DNA from: Candidatus Saccharimonadota bacterium | GTDB lineage: Archaea > Micrarchaeota > Micrarchaeia > Micrarchaeales > Micrarchaeaceae | Length of the DNA stretch: 32,000 nt | Assembly (NCBI GenBank): GCA_963698035.1 | Contig: OY969114.1 | Span: 660,001 to 692,000, forward strand | Direction of reading: 5' to 3' | Shown: in pieces, positions 25,614 to 32,000 of the stretch | Layout of the letters: each line of letters opens with the position of its first letter | How positions within the stretch are numbered: the first letter of the stretch is position 1 | Translations under genes and position numbers: made by a program | The notes under the pieces: model-generated | The model's database searches: none | What the model saw: only the letters and a program-made list of their open reading frames with translations | What the model was told of the DNA's origin: nothing

Positions 25614-26503
25614 GCTTGGTGGGGCACACCTTAATCTCCATACCGAACGACCAGGAGCTCGCTGCGAAGCTAGGCAAAAAGGGTTCAGCCAATGGCGTAA
25701 CATTCTACAACAGGAAGGTCGGGGAAAACGTATTTGTAATTATAACGCCCTCTAGCCCGGCGACGAAGTTCAATGCGGTTGCCGAGGTACTGACTCTGTC
25801 AGATGACATACTGATAAGCACAAGGAACATAGACCGCCTCTTCGGCGAGTCGATAATAGGGTGCGGCCTGCTCGGCAAGAGCGCGGTGCTGACCGCGGAC
25901 CAGGACGCATCAGCAATAATGCAGAAGTCGGGGGTCCAATCAAAGACGTTGAACGAATCGGAGCTATTCGACTACTTCGGTTCTGAGCAGAATGGCAGCG
26001 AGGGTGACCCCGTAATAGAGATAGATCACTCGTTCAGCGTAAAGGGGGTCGGCGCAGTCCTTCTGGGGATAGTGAAGAAAGGGACCGTCAGGGTGCATGA
26101 CGAGCTCCTTTCCAGTTCGGGCAAGAGCATAAGCATAAGGTCGATACAGAGCCAGGACCAGGATGTGAAGGAGGCAGGGGTAAACACCCGAGTGGGCTTG
26201 GCGATAAGGGGTGCAGAGCCTGAGGAGATAGAGAAGGGCGACATCCTCTCAAAGGCAGAGGTGAAAAGGAGGGCGAGCATCTCCGCCAAGATAAAAATAA
26301 GCGGGATGGTGAAGGAGAAAGGATTCGATTACAGCGAGCTCTGGCTGGTGAGCGGCTTCAGGTCGAGCATCTGCAAGGTCGCGCAATCCAACGGGTCTTA
26401 CGAGATAAGCCTGAGCGCGCCCCTCGCGCTCAATCCTGGAGAGAGCTTCCTGCTCGTGAGGAAGGAGGAGCCGCGCATATTCGCGGGTGGGAGCGTGCTC
26501 TAG
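25610..26503 (+). CDS. EF-Tu/SelB-like translation-GTPase paralogue with a degenerate G domain
   Basis: EIDHSFSVKGVGAVLLGIVKKGTVRVHDEL...IRSIQSQDQDVKEAGVNTRVGLAIRGAEPEEIEKGDILS is a clear EF-Tu domain-2 beta-barrel. The preceding ~130 aa occupy the G-domain position but lack a canonical GxxxxGK[ST], DxxG or NKxD (only TRNID). Confidence 0.65.
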   Translation: MSLVGHTLISIPNDQELAAKLGKKGSANGVTFYNRKVGENVFVIITPSSPATKFNAVAEVLTLSDDILISTRNIDRLFGESIIGCGLLGKSAVLTADQDASAIMQKSGVQSKTLNESELFDYFGSEQNGSEGDPVIEIDHSFSVKGVGAVLLGIVKKGTVRVHDELLSSSGKSISIRSIQSQDQDVKEAGVNTRVGLAIRGAEPEEIEKGDILSKAEVKRRASISAKIKISGMVKEKGFDYSELWLVSGFRSSICKVAQSNGSYEISLSAPLALNPGESFLLVRKEEPRIFAGGSVL

Positions 26504-26505
26504 CG

Positions 26506-27054
26506 CTATATGTGCGAGAGCAAGCTCTGCAGGAAGGATATTATCTGCTGGAATACGCTGCCTATTACGCCAAGAGATTGCGCTATCGTGGTCGTGGATG
26601 ATGCCGATGTGATTGTATTGGCCGGCAGCACAGTCGTGGTCGTTTCTATGCTGGTGGTGCTTATGGTCGGCACCGATGTCGTAGTGGTTGTCATAGGCAC
26701 AGGCTGCAGCTGGTATATGTTGAAATCAACGGTATGCAGCCTAGGTATATAGTTGACCTTTACCAGCACTATATAGCTACTGTTCTGGTCGTATAGCGGC
26801 ATCGGAGTGTTGAGGTTGAGATAGTAGCTGTGACCGTCCACCGTAACTCCGGATTCGTTAGGCGTTATATAGTTCTGAGTGAAGTTTTCCAGATATATCC
26901 CGATTACGACGCCGCTTGTGTCGTATGTGGATATGTTTATTATGTGGTAACCAACCTGTGTAGAGTTGCTATATGGGACAATCTGAGCGTGAGGAAGCGC
27001 GACAATTGCCAATAGCGCGAAAATAGAAACCAACACCGCAATCCTGCCGTTCAT
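26506..27054 (-). CDS. Secreted or N-terminally anchored protein with a stalk-like domain and a Thr-rich tail
   Basis: Signal/anchor MNGRIAVLVSIFALLAIVALPHA. The central domain is homologous to the membrane-proximal domain of the giant protein at 28235-28483. The C-terminal tract is Thr/Ser-rich (TTTTTSVPTISTTSIETTTTV). Confidence 0.6.
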   Translation of the reverse strand: MNGRIAVLVSIFALLAIVALPHAQIVPYSNSTQVGYHIINISTYDTSGVVIGIYLENFTQNYITPNESGVTVDGHSYYLNLNTPMPLYDQNSSYIVLVKVNYIPRLHTVDFNIYQLQPVPMTTTTTSVPTISTTSIETTTTVLPANTITSASSTTTIAQSLGVIGSVFQQIISFLQSLLSHI

Positions 27055-27075
27055 CAGATCTCTTCAGCCTTCCGG

Positions 27076-27819
27076 CTACTTTACACCTACCTCCTTCTCT
27101 ATGCCCTTCTCTAGCTTCTTCACCCCGCCCTCCAAATCGGCCCCCACGTCGCTCAGGTCCTTCTCAACATCCTTTTCAAGTACTTCTTCAAACCTGTCGA
27201 CCTTGGGCCTGACCCGGCGGGAAAGGTAAAATAAGTATATCGGTGCGAAGATTGCGCCGCCAAGTATATGTATATACCAGAACTCATTCCCGTTCAGGTA
27301 TACAAACAGTACCATTGATGCAGCTATGAGAATTAACACAAAGGCCAGGGATACTATCTCAATGGTCTTTCGCAGGTGCATCCTCTTCTCCGACATCCTC
27401 TTTATCAGCTCGGAGTCATAGGTCTCGAAGGCGAAGAAGAGCAGCACGTTGAATGCAAGGATAGAGCTGCCGCTTGATGGCATGCCTACCAGGAGCCAGA
27501 CTATGGCTGAAGCGGCGTAAGCCGACACAATGCTGAAGATCGCTGCGTTCCTGATCAGCGATTCCCTCCCTTTGAGGTCGGCTATGTTCCTGCTGTAGAG
27601 CTCCACAAAGAGGTAGATGAGTACGACAAGCACGTAGTTGTAGAATGCGCCGTTGTTGGACAGCTCGTAACTTATGTTGAAGGGGGATGTAGCCCACAGG
27701 GTATAGTTATTTTTAATTGATGCGGGCATATGCAAGTAGCCGTAGGTGACCGCCGCTATTAGCACCGCTATGTAGATTGTGGTCCACGGTATCTCAAAGT
27801 GGAACCGCCTGCCTTCCAT
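27076..27819 (-). CDS. Six-TM membrane protein, possibly a rhomboid-like intramembrane serine protease
   Basis: About six hydrophobic helices. VGMPSSGSSILAF resembles the rhomboid GxSG helix-4 motif, and YIHILGGAIFAP resembles the helix-6 HxxGxxxG motif. I could not find the helix-2 H/N motif. The tail is acidic/Lys-rich and repetitive. There are no Cys residues, so it is not an archaeosortase. Confidence 0.35.
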   Translation of the reverse strand: MEGRRFHFEIPWTTIYIAVLIAAVTYGYLHMPASIKNNYTLWATSPFNISYELSNNGAFYNYVLVVLIYLFVELYSRNIADLKGRESLIRNAAIFSIVSAYAASAIVWLLVGMPSSGSSILAFNVLLFFAFETYDSELIKRMSEKRMHLRKTIEIVSLAFVLILIAASMVLFVYLNGNEFWYIHILGGAIFAPIYLFYLSRRVRPKVDRFEEVLEKDVEKDLSDVGADLEGGVKKLEKGIEKEVGVK

Positions 27820-27976
27820 CCGATCGCCAATAAGGTTATCATGGGAAGTATTTTATCTCTATCAGATGGAAAAGAAAGTGACGGCATGCCCTGCTAGATA
27901 TCGAGCAGGCAAAGAGAAAGGGGATAGGTACGAGATACCAAACAGAAGGCTCAGTCCGTTTTATAAGCGGCCCGCA

Positions 27977-30900
27977 TCATCTTTTGTTTCTGCTGGCCCT
28001 CCTCCTAGTCATTCTGGTGTAGAGCAGGGCAACAACTATGGCCACTATAATAACAGCGACTATTGCCACTATCCCGATGGTGGATGCAATAAATGCGGAT
28101 GCAGCTGAAACTGGAGGAGATATCGTGGTTGTGGGCGCGACAGTTATAGGTGCTATTAGTATAGTTGTAGTGGCGGGTACCGGTGTAGTTACTGGAACTG
28201 TAGTGGTTGCTGGCACGGTTGTGGAGTTGCTTCCGCAGAGTAGTAGCGTCACTGTGTTAAGTATGGGCGTGTATGAAAGGCTTTGTAGATCAATTGTGTA
28301 GCTGGCGGTGTTGCTGCTTGGTAGGCTGACCTGCGTATTTAGGTACAATGTGTATGCAACGTTGTTGACGCTCACTCCGGTGTCGTTCGGGCTTATGAAG
28401 TTGTCCACTACATTGAACTGCGTCCCGTACAGCGTTATGGTTTCTTGGTTGTCCTGGGTGAAGTTGCTTATCTGGTAGCATGCGTTGTTGTTAATCTGCG
28501 TTACCGTTGGGCCTCCCGCTCCACCGCCTGCGGCACCGCTAACGCTGCCGCCTGTGTTGCTGTTGCTGTTTGAGGTACTGCTGGAGCTGCCTGTGGATAA
28601 TGTCGAATACGAGTATATTCCAAATATTGGATCAGCTGGTATGCTGAATAGTAGGCCGCATGTTGAAGCGTTAATCGTACTGTTGCTATGTGGTGTTATA
28701 GGTGTCCAGGTACCATTGACCAGCATGTAAGGCACAACATTGCTTCCACAGCTGTAGTACATTGTCACGCCCACCGTCACTACATTTGCCCCTCCGGTGA
28801 CATTTACCTGCAGGAGATAGAGTGCGGCGAAGTTGTCTGTCGAGTTTGATACCAACGGTGCGCCAGTATAATTCAAGACAGATACATGAAGTATCGTGTT
28901 GCTGTCGGACCTGAGGGAAAGGATGCCTATCGGGTCACCTATCGTTATGTTCCATGTGAAGTTAGCTGGTAGAGTAATGATAGTATTCTCTGATACATTA
29001 ATCGCAGAGTCTATAGTAACTGTAGTTATAGCATTAGCGAATTCATCTGCGTTATCTGTAACATTCTCAGAGACGCTAAACGTTCCTGGAACGTTGAACA
29101 TTATTGTGTTGTCACCAGTGTACAACCAGTAGCTCGCAGGTTTGTTTACGACGAACGGCTGGTTAAATGTATATGGCTGTGTGCCTTCGGATGCTGCACC
29201 TGTGAATATAATAGAGTTGCCCACCGTCGTAGATGTTGCGCTAGGCATGAGCGTCAGAGTAGGTCCATTGTTCACGCCTATATTATCAGTGCCTGTTCCT
29301 GTGCCTCCGAGCGAATCGATTACCTCAACGCAGTATGTTGACGGTGATGCGAGAGCAAGCGTTATAAATGTATTTGATGTTCCGCTCTGAACAGCTGCTG
29401 TGCCTGTGCAGCTGCTTCCTGAATACCAGTCATATGATGTATATGCACCGCTGCCTTCAGATGCTATTGCTGTAAGCGTTTCTGTTTGGCCTGAGTCAAT
29501 TACCGGGCTTGGCGGGTTAATCGTCACTGTTGGTGCCGCATTTACTATAATTGTGTTTGCTAGGGTTTCACAGCCATTCGCTGCAGTGCATGGACCTGAT
29601 AGGCCCCTGCTCGTGTCCCTTACCTGCACCTGCACGTTATATGTTTCCAGTATTGTATCTGGTGCCGCTATGTATGATACAGAGTTTGTTAGTGAGTTGA
29701 TTGGACCGTTTATCTGGCCGAATACATTGTTTATACCATTGAATATTGTAAAGTTGTATGTATACGCACCGGTTCCTCCAGCTATGCTGGCGGTTATAAG
29801 TGCAGCGCTTCCTCCTACATCAACTGCTGGCGGTACCACTGTCAAGAGCGACTCCAAAGCTGGGTAGACTGTCACGGTATTGGAGTTCGAATAGAATACA
29901 TACTGTGGGTTTGTTCCCTCGTCAGTTACCTGGGCGCTGTAGATGAAGTTGCCTATCGCATTTGCTACAATCGATATTCCACCTGAGCTTCCAGGGCTTA
30001 GTATTGTTGTGCTGTACGCTGTTGGGGTGTTGATTGTGTTTGTGTCATTGTAGAGGACCACATGGAACGGACCCGCCCCGCCATCTATGCCGATTAGGAA
30101 TGTCTCTACTTCTCCAGTGTCACTCACACTATACATTGGCGCGAATGTTGCTGTTGGTGCTGGCTCCACTACGACGTCTACAGAGCCTAACGAGCTGTTA
30201 ACTGCAGAATCCGTAACGCTGACAGAATATGGGAATGTTGTTGGATTAACCGCAGTAGGCGCTATATTGCACGTTACGGTTTTGCTGGATGTCGAAGTGG
30301 TGCAAGAGCCGGTGCCGCTGCCTGTCCATGTCAGTGTGTATGGAGCGACCCCTCCTGTTATTGTTGCCGTGAGTGTTTCTGTCTGGCCGCTGTCAATCGC
30401 AAGCGGATATGAGGAAGAACCAAGCGTTACGCCAAACTGCCCCACTGTGACCGTAGTAGTTTTAGAGTTAATTGTGTCTGGAACAGTTGTGCCAGTATCG
30501 GTTACCTGTACCATGAACTGCCAGTTACCCTGCTGGGTTCCAGGAGCAGTGACAAAGTTGTAGGTTTGGCAGTTTGTTGCACCGGAGATTGGCATGAATA
30601 TCGCGCTTCCCGGGCTCTCTTCATACCATTGACATTCGTTTGGAGAGTTGCCGCCTACTATGTTTACTGTAAGCACCGTGGTGTTGCCAGGCGAAATCTT
30701 CGTCGGGCTTGCAGATGCAGTAGCTGATAGCTGCAGATACACTGAAACGCCACTTAAAGTTGTCTTATTGACTGACTCTGGGGGTATTCCATTATCTGTT
30801 ATTAAAGCACTAAACTCCCAGTTGCCTATAGGTGTAGTGGCGTTGGTTACGAATATGTACTGGGAGGAGCCTGTTGCTCCAGATATTAGATTCCAAGCAT

Positions 30901-32000
30901 CTGTGTTTCCAGGCTGCTCAAACCACTGGTAGCTATATGGTGTTGTGCCTCCTCCCGCATCTGCAGTCAAGACCGATAGCTGGCCCTGATCCACGTTTGA
31001 GTGGCTTACTGTTATCGGCTTCACATACAGGGCTGGGTTTACTATAACTGATACGATTCCTGATGTTCCAGTGCCTTTGTTAGAGTCGGTCACTACAATA
31101 TAATAGTTGAATGTTCCTATCGCAACAGCGGTTGTTGAGTATGTTGGTGATGTTGCACCCAGAATTGCAACTGGCGTGGAACCCGAGTCGTTGTACCACT
31201 GATATGAATCACCACCCGAACCAATATTTGTCGTTGTTGAAGATAGGGATATTAACTGGGTTGTGTCGACTGCCGGAGTTGTTGTTGATGCGGTTATTGT
31301 TGGCAAATCAGATACTGTCACTAATGCAGTTCCTGATGTTCCAGTGCCTTTGTTAGAGTCGGTCACAACCGCATAATAGTCGAATGTCCCTGTTGTACCT
31401 GCCGTAAGTGTGAATGTACTTCCTGTCTGACCTGTAAGTACCGCACCAGATGTGTCATTGTACCATGTTATTGTGTCTGTTCCCGATCCTGCGTTGCCTA
31501 CTGTTGCTGTAAGTGTTACTGTCTGGCCGACATCCTCTGTCTGAGATGATGGAGATATTGATATTGTCGGTGTTGGTGATACTGCCACAGATCCTGTGTT
31601 GGACTGCCCTGTTCCGAGGTTTGAATCCGTCACTACTATGAAGTAGTTGAATGTTCCTGTTGCGCCCGCAGTAGTAGAGTATGTCAGTCCTGTCTGTCCT
31701 GATATCGGAGTTGATAATGATCCGTTGTACCACTGATATGAATCACCACCAGAACCTGTGTTTGTCACCGTTGCTGACAATGATACGGGTTGGCCTACGT
31801 CCTCAAATTGCGATGGTGGTGATACAGTTACTGTTGGTTTTTGTGTGACTGTCACGGATCCTGTGTTGGACTGTCCCATGCCACCGTTTGAATCGGTCAC
31901 AACCGCATAATAGTTGAATGTCCCTGTTGTTGCACCTGCGGTGAGTGTGAATGTGGATCCTGTCTGACCTGTAAGTACCGCACCAGATGTGTCATTGTAC
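27977..32000 (-). CDS. Giant cell-surface protein with tandem Ig/PKD-like repeats, a Thr/Pro-rich stalk and a C-terminal TM anchor; N-terminus lies beyond the window
   Basis: The frame stays open to nt 32000: codons 31901-31999 read YNDTSGAVLTGQTGSTFTLTAGATTGTFNYYAV, upstream of the GTG the track used as a start. Roughly ten to twelve ~90-100-aa beta-rich modules carry recurring SYQWY/ITWY and YxxVVTDSN motifs. Many N-x-S/T sequons are present. The C-terminus has a Thr/Pro linker, the TM segment AFIASTIGIVAIVAVIIVAIVVALLY and the basic tail RMTRRRASRNKR. Confidence 0.85.
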   Translation of the reverse strand, partial: YNDTSGAVLTGQTGSTFTLTAGATTGTFNYYAVVTDSNGGMGQSNTGSVTVTQKPTVTVSPPSQFEDVGQPVSLSATVTNTGSGGDSYQWYNGSLSTPISGQTGLTYSTTAGATGTFNYFIVVTDSNLGTGQSNTGSVAVSPTPTISISPSSQTEDVGQTVTLTATVGNAGSGTDTITWYNDTSGAVLTGQTGSTFTLTAGTTGTFDYYAVVTDSNKGTGTSGTALVTVSDLPTITASTTTPAVDTTQLISLSSTTTNIGSGGDSYQWYNDSGSTPVAILGATSPTYSTTAVAIGTFNYYIVVTDSNKGTGTSGIVSVIVNPALYVKPITVSHSNVDQGQLSVLTADAGGGTTPYSYQWFEQPGNTDAWNLISGATGSSQYIFVTNATTPIGNWEFSALITDNGIPPESVNKTTLSGVSVYLQLSATASASPTKISPGNTTVLTVNIVGGNSPNECQWYEESPGSAIFMPISGATNCQTYNFVTAPGTQQGNWQFMVQVTDTGTTVPDTINSKTTTVTVGQFGVTLGSSSYPLAIDSGQTETLTATITGGVAPYTLTWTGSGTGSCTTSTSSKTVTCNIAPTAVNPTTFPYSVSVTDSAVNSSLGSVDVVVEPAPTATFAPMYSVSDTGEVETFLIGIDGGAGPFHVVLYNDTNTINTPTAYSTTILSPGSSGGISIVANAIGNFIYSAQVTDEGTNPQYVFYSNSNTVTVYPALESLLTVVPPAVDVGGSAALITASIAGGTGAYTYNFTIFNGINNVFGQINGPINSLTNSVSYIAAPDTILETYNVQVQVRDTSRGLSGPCTAANGCETLANTIIVNAAPTVTINPPSPVIDSGQTETLTAIASEGSGAYTSYDWYSGSSCTGTAAVQSGTSNTFITLALASPSTYCVEVIDSLGGTGTGTDNIGVNNGPTLTLMPSATSTTVGNSIIFTGAASEGTQPYTFNQPFVVNKPASYWLYTGDNTIMFNVPGTFSVSENVTDNADEFANAITTVTIDSAINVSENTIITLPANFTWNITIGDPIGILSLRSDSNTILHVSVLNYTGAPLVSNSTDNFAALYLLQVNVTGGANVVTVGVTMYYSCGSNVVPYMLVNGTWTPITPHSNSTINASTCGLLFSIPADPIFGIYSYSTLSTGSSSSTSNSNSNTGGSVSGAAGGGAGGPTVTQINNNACYQISNFTQDNQETITLYGTQFNVVDNFISPNDTGVSVNNVAYTLYLNTQVSLPSSNTASYTIDLQSLSYTPILNTVTLLLCGSNSTTVPATTTVPVTTPVPATTTILIAPITVAPTTTISPPVSAASAFIASTIGIVAIVAVIIVAIVVALLYTRMTRRRASRNKR
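31057..32000. repeat. Intragenic tandem DNA repeats (units ~270 bp, super-repeat ~534-537 bp) within the giant surface-protein gene
   Basis: Exact matches were read directly. The 37 nt at 31057-31093 equal 31330-31366. The 28 nt at 31189-31216 equal 31723-31750. The 42 nt at 31422-31463 equal 31959-32000, and the flanks are highly similar. Confidence 0.85.

Noticed and set aside
28038-31356. Multiple plus-strand ORFs (e.g. 28038-28301, 29400-29867, 30087-30563) inside the giant gene
   Set aside because: They are the reverse-complement frames of a Thr/Ser/Gly/Val-rich repeat gene and naturally lack stops. Their translations are low-complexity Val/Gly/Pro, and the minus-strand frame is continuous with a coherent domain structure.
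31057-32000. Possible CRISPR array suggested by regularly spaced exact repeats
   Set aside because: The repeats are ~270-bp coding modules within one long open frame. They are not short repeats with unique spacers, and there is no leader or cas gene.

Overview
This looks like an archaeal chromosomal window. Supporting signs are TATA-box-like promoters about 25-35 nt upstream of starts, many short-leader or leaderless genes, a class I lysyl-tRNA synthetase, an ATP-dependent DNA ligase, a tricorn-interacting-factor-like M1 aminopeptidase and ATA/AGG-rich codon usage. A Thermoplasmata-like lineage is only an inference. I can support about 30 protein genes plus tRNA-His(GUG) and tRNA-Ile(GAU). 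I saw no transposase, integrase, CRISPR array or recognisable defence gene. Most genes are housekeeping: lig, ksgA, rnhA, lysS, speB, AMMECR1, thioredoxin, GNAT and an aminopeptidase. Five things stand out. (1) A tightly coupled four-gene module at 2026-5460 joins an orphan ABC-type ATPase, a HypB/UreG-like P-loop NTPase, a NifS/IscS cysteine desulfurase and an RnfB-type Fe-S domain protein. Its promoter/operator sequence recurs almost verbatim upstream of a TauE/SafE-type permease 17 kb away. (2) A minus-strand cell-surface module at 26506-32000 encodes a giant Ig/PKD-like repeat glycoprotein that runs off the window, a rhomboid-like membrane protein, and a small secreted paralogue of the giant protein's stalk domain. 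(3) An EF-Tu-fold protein with a degenerate G domain is translationally coupled to an 80-aa ORF. (4) A TPR-AAA ATPase has its 5' end interrupted at a C5/G5 run. (5) An MFS transporter is split between two reading frames. All calls come from reading motifs by eye. No database search or numerical composition analysis was possible.
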